Shown one piece after another: positions 5,903-14,021 of a stretch of 14,492 nt of DNA. A program made the translations under genes and the position numbers. Below the pieces are notes generated by a model, which did no database searches, was not told where the DNA came from, and saw only the letters and a program-made list of their open reading frames with translations. Each line of letters starts with the position of its first letter. The first letter of the stretch is position 1. This DNA comes from a virus. Its lineage: Duplodnaviria; Heunggongvirae; Uroviricota; Caudoviricetes. The stretch covers positions 160,626 through 175,117 of the IMG/VR virus record IMGVR_UViG_3300037156_000269, one strand, 5' to 3'.

Positions 5903-8175
5903 GCGTCATAGGCAGCAGACAGAAAGCCAGACTTTTCCTAGAGGGGCGCGAAGTTCCGCTGGTGTCCGCCACAGTCTCGTCTCGTGTCGGTACCCCCGTT
6001 TCAGCAACTATTTCTGTCATACCCCTTAAGGGCATTAAAAATATTAAACCCCGCACTCAGGTCCATATCTTTTTGCGTGACACGAAGAACTTCCCTGACG
6101 ACAACTATTACCTTGTTTTTGAAGGCGAAGTTCTTGGCCGTGGGTATGGAAAAGCTCAGGACAGCCGTTTCATGAATCTGGTTGCCATTGACTACTCGTC
6201 TTACTGGGATGAGGCCAAGTCCTACGTTATGAACCCCAACTTCGTTCTTGGAAAAGTTGCTGAGGTTCTGAGTCTGACGAGTGCTCCTATCGGGGAGACG
6301 GTAAAGGCTCTCAACGGTACGTCATTTAACACCAATGCCACCTCCAACACACGAATGATCGAGATCATGCTCGCCGGTGGCAATAAGGATCTGGCGCTGG
6401 GCGTGGTCAACGTTGTCAAAAAAGTATCCGGTGCTAATCAGTTCTTCTCTGCGGCCTATGAACGTATGAGAATCAATGACCGCATCAATCTCTTCTCTAG
6501 TGGTAACCTAGTTAACTTTTTAAAAGATTTGGATATTCTAGAATTTTTAAAAGACTACACTGGAAAGTTCGGCGGAATCTCGGATCTTCGCTCCATGCTT
6601 TACAGCGTTATGGCTCTGGTCTTTCATGACTTTGTCAGCATTCCGTTCCCGGCAAAAATAGCAGGCGTCTCAGACGGTAAGGGTGGTTTTAAAACTCAAT
6701 CAAGCAGCTCGACGCACGCGGCACTCCCGGCCCCGGGGAAGGGCAGCACTTCTCAGACACTTGTTTCTCAGTTCTTTTTTATCCCAGACTGCTACTCTCT
6801 TCCGGCACCTATGTGCAATGTGATTTTTCCAAACCAACAAATCGCGAGTGTGTTTCAAGAAGATTTCAGAGCCGCTCCGACACGCTATGCTTTCAGAGCT
6901 TCCATGCCAGTTATGACTGGCGGAGTTTTCCCGGAATATCCGACTCAGTTTTACCCGACGGCTTTTTCAGATTATATGTTTCACAAACATACAGCATCCG
7001 ATGCGGAAAAGAGCTCGGAGCTCGGCCCCTCCACATTGCTGACGGATCCAAAATCAAACAACACATATGCCAGCATTTTTTATGGAAATTCAGATAAAAC
7101 AAAAGTAGGAACATCTTTAAGCACTGTTTTAAGAGAAGCGGATTACTTAAGCAACGAGGAGTCGCTAAAGGGCACTTACCTTGATATGGATACCTTCATG
7201 CCAGGGTTCACAGCCCTGTCTAAGACGGCTACCGGTAAGTCACGCGATGCGTTCATCCAGTCTGTCGGTTCCTATATGTTCTTTAAAAAGCGATTCTCAT
7301 CTAGAAGTGTTACTGCGCAAATCCTGTTCCACCCCTTTCTTGTGCCGGGGTTCAACGCCATATTTTTAGACGAATCCGCTGCGGGACAGAGCTTTATAGC
7401 TAAGCTCCAGGGAGTTACTCATGTCATTCAGAATGACGGCTGTGCCACGCAACTAGATCTTGCGTATGGCAGAGACTTCGATGAGCTTGACGCCATTACA
7501 GGAAGTCTAGGCGAGCCGCCGACCCCTCCGTGGTTTGATCCGAATATTTTCGGTATTTCTGGCACACAGACCTACAACGGGAAGACCGCCACTGCCTACT
7601 TTCAAGAAGAAACAGATTTCTTGTTCAAGGTCGGAGCCATTGACGCGACAGAAAAAGCGACGCGCGCTAAGGTCACGGGACCCACTGTATTTCCAAATCT
7701 AAACGTGTTCTATCAGTCTTTGTTAGGCATCAACGCCATTACAAACTACAACGCACAAGTTGGCGCTAACCCTGCGAAGACACCACCTCTTCCAAAGCTT
7801 GTCACAACCAGGGGTGCTGTGAGCTGGTTACTCTTCCAATATTCCTCGGTGGCTTCTACCCCAGACTCTAGAGATACGAAGGTGCAGGGACTGGTTTCGC
7901 GGCCCCTGGTCAACATACTGGACACCTTCAAATTTATAGGTGCACAGCCAGTTGGGTTTGTGGATAATGGGCTGTTCAAGTTACCAGAAGAGTTCGCTTC
8001 GTTTGTCGCCAATAATGTGAATCCGGTTACCGGGGCTTTGCCAGGAAGATTTGATGGCATAAACCCTGCGACCGGCAACTTGTATGCCGACGGGGCTGCG
8101 ATAAAGCTCCGTCGCTCGATCATAGATCCCTACGTGGCGCAGCTGAAGTCACCGCAAAGAGGTTACCGTGGATGA
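5899..8175 (+). CDS. Baseplate hub protein (T4 gp27 / Mu gp44 / P2 gpD-like), 758 aa
   Basis: N-terminal beta pattern RLFLEGREVP...SATISV...IKPRTQVHIF...VFEGEV...LVAIDYSSYW and C-terminal hub pattern FHPFLVPGF...AKLQGVTHVIQNDGCATQLDL. ATGA overlap with the upstream gene. Confidence 0.75.
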   Translation: MSVIGSRQKARLFLEGREVPLVSATVSSRVGTPVSATISVIPLKGIKNIKPRTQVHIFLRDTKNFPDDNYYLVFEGEVLGRGYGKAQDSRFMNLVAIDYSSYWDEAKSYVMNPNFVLGKVAEVLSLTSAPIGETVKALNGTSFNTNATSNTRMIEIMLAGGNKDLALGVVNVVKKVSGANQFFSAAYERMRINDRINLFSSGNLVNFLKDLDILEFLKDYTGKFGGISDLRSMLYSVMALVFHDFVSIPFPAKIAGVSDGKGGFKTQSSSSTHAALPAPGKGSTSQTLVSQFFFIPDCYSLPAPMCNVIFPNQQIASVFQEDFRAAPTRYAFRASMPVMTGGVFPEYPTQFYPTAFSDYMFHKHTASDAEKSSELGPSTLLTDPKSNNTYASIFYGNSDKTKVGTSLSTVLREADYLSNEESLKGTYLDMDTFMPGFTALSKTATGKSRDAFIQSVGSYMFFKKRFSSRSVTAQILFHPFLVPGFNAIFLDESAAGQSFIAKLQGVTHVIQNDGCATQLDLAYGRDFDELDAITGSLGEPPTPPWFDPNIFGISGTQTYNGKTATAYFQEETDFLFKVGAIDATEKATRAKVTGPTVFPNLNVFYQSLLGINAITNYNAQVGANPAKTPPLPKLVTTRGAVSWLLFQYSSVASTPDSRDTKVQGLVSRPLVNILDTFKFIGAQPVGFVDNGLFKLPEEFASFVANNVNPVTGALPGRFDGINPATGNLYADGAAIKLRRSIIDPYVAQLKSPQRGYRG

Positions 8176-9028
8176 CGTAGAGTTTTCAGAAAAAGAAGTC
8201 ATTATTGAAGAGATCGCTCTGTATAAGCTGGCATCTGTAGACGCGCTTAAAGACAAGCGCTCTAAAGAAACTGAAATGCTAAGGGCTTTTAAAAAAGATC
8301 CTGGGCAACACACGTTCATGCCGCTCTACCAGTCGTTTAAGCCGCTGATCATGAAAGCCGCTCAACGGAACATGTTTGGGTCTCCGATCCCGCAAGCCGC
8401 ACACGTGGCGTTTGCGGCACAGAGTTTCCTTGATGCTGTGAGAACGCATGACCCCGCAAAGGGTGGCTTTGGTACGCACATGTTCAATACCGTTTCTCAA
8501 AAGGGAAAGCGGCTCAATCTCCATTACCAGAACATTGGCTACATCCCAGAATCGCGCGCGACGAAATACCAGGCGTTTCAGACAGCGAGCTTTTTGCTTA
8601 AAGAACAGCTCGGACGGGAACCGTCGACTCTCGAAATCGCAGATGAGATGGCGATGCCGCCTATCGAAATTGAGCGGTTGCGTAAAGAGATTAAGCAGGA
8701 CCTTGTGCTGAATGAGAACTTACCGAGTGTCGGTCCCGCATTTGCTCAAAGCAATAAGGCGATGGCCGCCGCCCACGACATTCAGTACTCGCTCATCCCT
8801 AAGCACAGGGTTGTGCTCGAGCGCACTGTCGGCTTAAACGGTGTTCAGCCTCTTTTAACAAAAAGTGGCAAGCCCGATATTGGCGCGATCGCGAAAGCGG
8901 CTAACCTTAGTGTCGCTGAGGTGCGCTCAGCCAGGAAAACCATCTCGAGAAAGATGCAGGAGCATTTGGGATCCATCGGTCGTGCAGAAGACTTCGAGCA
9001 CTTTAAAGACGAGGAGGAAGTTCTTTGA
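8168..9028 (+). CDS. Phage-encoded sigma-70-family factor (regions 2, 3, 4; group-3-like architecture), divergent, 286 aa
   Basis: Region 2-like AVRTHDPAKGGFGTH followed by YQNIGYIPES (cf. RTIRIP); region 3 LKEQLGREPSTLEIADEM; region 4 SLIPKHRVVLERTVGLNG...IGAIAKAANLSVAEVRSARKTISRKM (helix-turn-helix). GTG start with AGAGG 5 nt upstream. Confidence 0.85.
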   Translation: MDDVEFSEKEVIIEEIALYKLASVDALKDKRSKETEMLRAFKKDPGQHTFMPLYQSFKPLIMKAAQRNMFGSPIPQAAHVAFAAQSFLDAVRTHDPAKGGFGTHMFNTVSQKGKRLNLHYQNIGYIPESRATKYQAFQTASFLLKEQLGREPSTLEIADEMAMPPIEIERLRKEIKQDLVLNENLPSVGPAFAQSNKAMAAAHDIQYSLIPKHRVVLERTVGLNGVQPLLTKSGKPDIGAIAKAANLSVAEVRSARKTISRKMQEHLGSIGRAEDFEHFKDEEEVL

Positions 9029-10941
9029 GCTTAGTTGATTCCGTAAACAGTCTTAGCGATTACTTAAATCAGAGTATCAAAACTCTGAACACAAGTGTTG
9101 CGGCCTCGTCGAAACAAGATAAGGTGACTCCTGACGGTCAGCTCAAGACTTCGCTTGAGAATCAGACATCGACAAATACTCTGAACCAGCTCAAGCAAAA
9201 TCCAATTATCAATACGGCCATCGACACAGCCAACGCTACAATTACAACCGTTGTGCAGCAGTCGGTGCGCAACGCGATCACTAAGATAAATCTGACTCCG
9301 ATTCAAAACGCCACGACTCAGTTTTTTACCTTGTTCGCCTCCGTCACCTCGTTCGGCACAGAAGTCGCTATGGCTTTTGCCAGGAACACAGGCAATAACC
9401 TGATCACAGCCTTAGCACAGAAGGACGCGGTTTCAGTCAAGCTTGAGGCTGAGATAGTAGCTTTGTACAACGCATGCACGGTCCTACTTAACGGTCAGCC
9501 ATTTTTTACGAACTATCTGACAAACGTCGCCAAAGCCTACGGTCTTATTCAAACGGCCGACAACAACTTAAAAAACGTAGCGGCGAAACTCGCCCCCAAC
9601 ACACTGCCGTCACCGAGGTATCAGACCCTAAAATTTAATTTGAGCATCACTCAGCTGACGCAGGCAAGGGATCTTCTGCTCCCGGATACTGGGACTGATG
9701 TCAGCAACATACGCGCAGGAACGCTTGTCTCACAGGCCCTCAACAGTCAGTCAGTAAAACAGGTCTACGCGGCGGCGCTGGCTATTCCTGGAATATCTCT
9801 TCAAGTCGCGACTCTCGCGCTTCAGTACGAGATTTTGTCAGTCAATGTGAACGCTTACATCAACACTTTCCAAAATGCTTTAAATGATTACATCACGGGG
9901 TACACGCAGTCCAATGCGGTGAACCAGGCGACGATCGACCACATCAATTCAGGGACATCGCAGTTGGACAACCTGCTCGCTCAAATGAACGCGATTCTGA
10001 GTCTAAATACGGGTGCTGCGACAGATGTGAAGTTTAAAATTCAGCTCTCAAGTTACGGCACCATCTGGGGAGTCACACTCACAGCCATTATCGAATGGCT
10101 TAAGATGAATCCCGGCGCCGGCTCGGCACTTCTTACCCAAACCTCTGCGAGTGTTGCGGCCTACACCAAAGCACGAAATCAGATCATGGCCATGGGAAAC
10201 CGTACCGTTCCTGGCGGCGGCACTGTGTTTATCAACCAAGGGTCCGAAGATGCTTTTGCAGGCCTCGTACGGCCCCTAGCCAAATTCATGACAACAGCTA
10301 ACCTGATTGTAGCGACTTCCAATTCTAAAAACGACGTGCGCGCCCAGGCCAAAGCGAATCAGTTCTATTTGCAAACAGCGAGAAAAGGTGATGCGGCTTT
10401 GGTAGCCGCTCTACAGCCGTTTTTAAATACCCAGACAACACTTAGCGGTCCCGTAAACGCGGCCCTCCAGCAGATGATAGGGCTCTCCAATAAACTAGGT
10501 CTCGACCGCATTGCGGGACTTTTGACGAACGGTGACGTAAAGAATCTGTTTGCCGCCACCCCAGCAAACGCCACTTATGCGGGTGCCGCGATCGTAGGGA
10601 TCAACTCAATCATAACGAATCTCTCGGCCCTGCCAAACGCAACCTCTCAGCAGATCTCCAATATGGAGAGCTTAAGGACGCAGGTTCAGAGAGAGCAGAC
10701 GGCTCAGGCGACCTACGCGGGACGATCCGCCGCCTCCACGCAACAGGCAGATATTGCACAGCAGCAAGCAAAGGTTGCTACCAATAAAACTCTCGTGACG
10801 GCAGCGCAAAGAGCCGCAGCGCAAATTGATGGGACTGTGTCGAGCGATCCGGTGGTCCAGTCATCTGACATCCTGTCCACAAAAGTGACGCCAGGACAAT
10901 TACCAGACGCACCTGATACGACTGCTCAACTTAATGCATAA
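9025..10941 (+). CDS. Hypothetical alpha-helical Ala/Gln/Asn/Thr/Leu-rich virion-module protein, 638 aa
   Basis: TTG start overlapping the sigma stop (TTGA) with GAGGAGG 7 nt upstream. The long uninterrupted ORF has few charged residues and several hydrophobic segments. Confidence 0.85.
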   Translation: MSLVDSVNSLSDYLNQSIKTLNTSVAASSKQDKVTPDGQLKTSLENQTSTNTLNQLKQNPIINTAIDTANATITTVVQQSVRNAITKINLTPIQNATTQFFTLFASVTSFGTEVAMAFARNTGNNLITALAQKDAVSVKLEAEIVALYNACTVLLNGQPFFTNYLTNVAKAYGLIQTADNNLKNVAAKLAPNTLPSPRYQTLKFNLSITQLTQARDLLLPDTGTDVSNIRAGTLVSQALNSQSVKQVYAAALAIPGISLQVATLALQYEILSVNVNAYINTFQNALNDYITGYTQSNAVNQATIDHINSGTSQLDNLLAQMNAILSLNTGAATDVKFKIQLSSYGTIWGVTLTAIIEWLKMNPGAGSALLTQTSASVAAYTKARNQIMAMGNRTVPGGGTVFINQGSEDAFAGLVRPLAKFMTTANLIVATSNSKNDVRAQAKANQFYLQTARKGDAALVAALQPFLNTQTTLSGPVNAALQQMIGLSNKLGLDRIAGLLTNGDVKNLFAATPANATYAGAAIVGINSIITNLSALPNATSQQISNMESLRTQVQREQTAQATYAGRSAASTQQADIAQQQAKVATNKTLVTAAQRAAAQIDGTVSSDPVVQSSDILSTKVTPGQLPDAPDTTAQLNA

Positions 10942-10952
10942 TTTGAAGTAGA

Positions 10953-11378
10953 ATGGTGGTTATGGATTTACAAGTAGTAACCTTTGACCCAATAACTGGA
11001 CTGGCCTCTTATGGAATTCCGGCGGTGGCAAAAATCCTGACCGGGCTCGATAAGCTTGTGCAGATCGTTGTGCTTGAGTTCCTGAGAAACCCTGGTCGCA
11101 GCGTGCTGGCTCCTAAAGAAGGATCTGGATTACGCGCCGACATCGGCCAGTACAACTACACGAGTGACGGCGGAGAGATTCAGGCTCTCGTGGTTCAGCG
11201 GACACGCGCGGCACAGCAAGAGATTCTTTCAAGGCAGAGTCCCACATCAGGGACACCGTCAGATCGCCTTAAGCAGATTATCCTTAAGAATTTTGCTTAC
11301 GACGCCTCGACTGGTGAGGGAATGTTACAGGTCCAAATTGTGAACGAAGCTGGAGACAGCACAAACGTACTGGTGTAA
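10953..11378 (+). CDS. Baseplate wedge protein, T4 gp25 / P2 gpW-like, 141 aa (start could be 10962)
   Basis: LTGLDKLVQIVVLEFLRNPGRSVLAPKEGSGL matches the gp25-family pattern (I/L..L.T.pGe....P.fGs.L). The size fits and it sits directly before a J-like gene. Confidence 0.8.
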   Translation: MVVMDLQVVTFDPITGLASYGIPAVAKILTGLDKLVQIVVLEFLRNPGRSVLAPKEGSGLRADIGQYNYTSDGGEIQALVVQRTRAAQQEILSRQSPTSGTPSDRLKQIILKNFAYDASTGEGMLQVQIVNEAGDSTNVLV

Positions 11379-11390
11379 AGTTGGGGGCTT

Positions 11391-13967
11391 ATGCAACTAC
11401 CTATTTTAGCATTTATTCAGGCCCAACTGGCTGAGACGGACCCTGCTTTTGATACACGCGAAGGCACGGCGTTTTACGATTTATTTATCATTCCTCAGCA
11501 GTTTATGCTCCAGCCACTGAACGACTTCATGGCCGAGCGCCGAGTGGGGCAGAGTGTTCGGCAGATGCTGCTCGATCCGACTCCGGATATCCCGACCACT
11601 TTCGTCTCGACTGACGCTGACGACATGGCTGGAAATCTTTATGTCACTCGTAATACTGGGAGCATCTCGTCAGGTACCGTGCGCGTGGAGTACATAACTC
11701 CGAAGGATTTGGATTATCCGGCTCTCACGGCGCAATTCACCGCAGGCACGCTCAACTTCTTTAACTCGGTGGATGTGACCATCTCTGCTTCTCAGATGGC
11801 GCTTCAGAACGACGGCTCTTTTTTCTATGTTGATATTCCTATCCAGGCCGAGCAGGCTGGTTCCGCATACGGCGTGGGACCAGGGGCCATCACAGCTTTC
11901 CTCAACGACAGTGACGCCGTACTGGTGACCAATATAGCGGCTACATCAGCATCACTTGACCCACAAACCAACACCCAGCTTCTTGATCAAACTGCCAACT
12001 CAATTGGCGTGCGGGATCTCGAGACCACAAAGGGCATTAATGCCATTTTGAGCGAGCTCTTTCCTTTCTTAAGTGAGATTGTGTCGATCGGAATGGGCGA
12101 TCCTGAGATGCAAAGGGATATTGTTTACAATATTCATACAGGCGCGCGCACGGACGTTTACCTAAAAACTCCTAGTCTGACGGCAGGGTCTACGACGATC
12201 AACGGCCTGGTTACTGACACCACCCGCAAAGTTTCTTATAGCTCACATTTAGCGGTGGCAAGGAATCTAGCTGATCCAACTTACCCTGCTTACACAGGCA
12301 CTCCAAGCATCGTTGTGAATTCCGAAGTTCTAAAAGAGAACGTTATCGAGACGGCCGCCTCGATTTCGAGCGTGGCGGTGCCTCCTGCGATAGGCATTGA
12401 TCTCACAGGGCACGAGTGGCTGAGGCTTCAGGTCGACGCTCTTGGTCCATTTCAGATGAAGATCTCAGGAGCAGTGGTCAATCAAACTCAACAGTTTGAG
12501 ATTATAAACGCCATCAACGCTGCTTTTGGCATAGTGGTTGTGGCCCCCGGCATCGGGGGCCAGATTGCTTTTGTAAGCCCAACAATTGGCGCAGGCTCTC
12601 AGATTATATTTCTCCCGGTGGTCGGTCCGGTCATCTCATCCGAAAATGCTTCTCAGGTCCTGTTTGGAATTTCTATCGGAAGCTTGCCGGTAACTATACT
12701 CGGGGTGACTGCCGCAGTTTACGTCAATGGCGTGGATTACACAGTTGACTACGCCAATGGAAATATTTATCAGACTTCGTTTACTTCGGGAACCAGAGAC
12801 CCGCTGTCGGTAGGTAGACAGACTATCGTGAGCGGACAGAGTATGATCCCGCTTCTCCCAGCGTCGCCACCTACGACCGGGAATATTACGGTCATTGGTG
12901 GTACTGGGTATCTGGATGACTCAGTCTCCAGTCAGTTTTTAAATGATCCGCTGGTGCACGTTCGGCCTGGGGATCAGGTCACGATCATTTCCATTAACGG
13001 GTTTTCGGCCGGGGTTGTGAACGGCATACCGCTCCCTTCTACATATTCTGTTTCACAGGTCGTGACGAACCAAAGACTTCGTCTGTTAGGGTTCAACCCG
13101 ACCACTACGACATCGGCCAACACGGTGAGCTACTCTATCGTTAGTCAGCAAGTTGTAAGTATCTCTTACCAGTTCAACCCGATCAGCATTGATATCGGTG
13201 CACAAGTTCTGTTGGCTGACGGTCTGAGTCGTGGTGTTCGGCCTGGGCGTGCCGCTTATACAATCACGGACACCCCGTTTGTCATAATCACCTCGATCCA
13301 GCAAGTGGATCCGGACACGGGCGAGCTTATCGGCTCGCCGCTTATTGCCCCCGGCGGCTATGGCCGCGGCGGGTACGGTCAGGGCGGTTACGGTGTTGGC
13401 GTGAGCGGGGACTACAATTTCTTCGTGAACTCGCCACCAGAGCGCTATTCGGTTTTCGAAGACTCCATGATTATTTTCCCAGAGGCAGCGCTCTCAAACA
13501 GCTACATTGTGAATTATTTGTGGAACCCGGAGCTTCAAGGTATTCACTCGATCACACGAAACGACGCCGAGCGCGTAACCGGTGCCGATGTTTTGGTAAA
13601 AGTATTCATTCCGTGCTTTGTGGACATCCCGATCGGAATCCGCAGAGATCCGACAAATCTCACTACGCCTACGGACGCAAATCTTGCGGTGCTTGTGCAG
13701 AACAAGGTGAATCTGACGGTTGCGGACACAGGCCTCAAAGCTTCCGAGATCAATGCGCTTCTTGAGGCGCAAGGTGTGTCGTCTGTACTAAACCCGTTCA
13801 CCATGACAGGCACTGTTTACAATCCAGATGGAACGACGACGATCCTTAGTAGCGAGGATATTTTGACTGTACCGACAGCAACGCTTCCATCACAGACGAA
13901 TAACTTTTCAACCGCGCGCATCGTTCACTTCTTTCCCGGTAACATCACTGTTACAGAGGTGCCATAA
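11391..13967 (+). CDS. Baseplate J / T4 gp6-like wedge protein with a large internal insertion, 858 aa
   Basis: The N-terminus DPAFDTREGTAFYDL...A..SGTVRV...IQAEQAGSAYGVGPGAIT...GVRDL is J-like, as is the C-terminal region. It follows the gp25-like gene and has a GGGGG SD. Confidence 0.85.
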   Translation: MQLPILAFIQAQLAETDPAFDTREGTAFYDLFIIPQQFMLQPLNDFMAERRVGQSVRQMLLDPTPDIPTTFVSTDADDMAGNLYVTRNTGSISSGTVRVEYITPKDLDYPALTAQFTAGTLNFFNSVDVTISASQMALQNDGSFFYVDIPIQAEQAGSAYGVGPGAITAFLNDSDAVLVTNIAATSASLDPQTNTQLLDQTANSIGVRDLETTKGINAILSELFPFLSEIVSIGMGDPEMQRDIVYNIHTGARTDVYLKTPSLTAGSTTINGLVTDTTRKVSYSSHLAVARNLADPTYPAYTGTPSIVVNSEVLKENVIETAASISSVAVPPAIGIDLTGHEWLRLQVDALGPFQMKISGAVVNQTQQFEIINAINAAFGIVVVAPGIGGQIAFVSPTIGAGSQIIFLPVVGPVISSENASQVLFGISIGSLPVTILGVTAAVYVNGVDYTVDYANGNIYQTSFTSGTRDPLSVGRQTIVSGQSMIPLLPASPPTTGNITVIGGTGYLDDSVSSQFLNDPLVHVRPGDQVTIISINGFSAGVVNGIPLPSTYSVSQVVTNQRLRLLGFNPTTTTSANTVSYSIVSQQVVSISYQFNPISIDIGAQVLLADGLSRGVRPGRAAYTITDTPFVIITSIQQVDPDTGELIGSPLIAPGGYGRGGYGQGGYGVGVSGDYNFFVNSPPERYSVFEDSMIIFPEAALSNSYIVNYLWNPELQGIHSITRNDAERVTGADVLVKVFIPCFVDIPIGIRRDPTNLTTPTDANLAVLVQNKVNLTVADTGLKASEINALLEAQGVSSVLNPFTMTGTVYNPDGTTTILSSEDILTVPTATLPSQTNNFSTARIVHFFPGNITVTEVP
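13353..13394 (+). repeat. Protein-level tandem repeat GGYG-R-GGYG-Q-GGYG in the J-like protein
   Basis: ggc ggc tat ggc cgc ggc ggg tac ggt cag ggc ggt tac ggt. Synonymous codons differ between copies. Confidence 0.9.
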
Positions 13968-13988
13968 GGATGCAAAATCGAGTACAAT
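13959..13988 (+). promoter_or_regulatory. Possible sigma70-like promoter for the last ORF
   Basis: TACAAT (13983-13988) with a weak -35 GTGCCA (13959-13964, 18 nt spacer) in the 54 nt gap after the J-like gene. Confidence 0.3.
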
Positions 13989-14021
13989 TGGGAGAGATTT
14001 CTGACAGAGGAGTGACGCACT

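Noticed and set aside
8168-9028. Naming the sigma factor as host fliA, sigB or rpoD
   Set aside because: It lacks region 1.1 and the conserved region 2 residues, and sits in a phage structural operon. Only a family-level call is supportable.
10953-11378. Lysozyme activity for the gp25-like protein
   Set aside because: The gp25 family label 'lysozyme' is a known legacy annotation, and no catalytic motif is visible. A structural wedge role is more likely.
675-13967. Extracellular contractile injection system (Afp/PVC/tailocin) or T6SS locus
   Set aside because: No AAA+ ATPase, Afp-type tandem tube genes, PAAR, toxin-immunity pair or Tss membrane complex was seen. The G/GT frameshift, long TMP and phage-style sigma fit a true phage. 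It cannot be fully excluded without flanking capsid or terminase genes.
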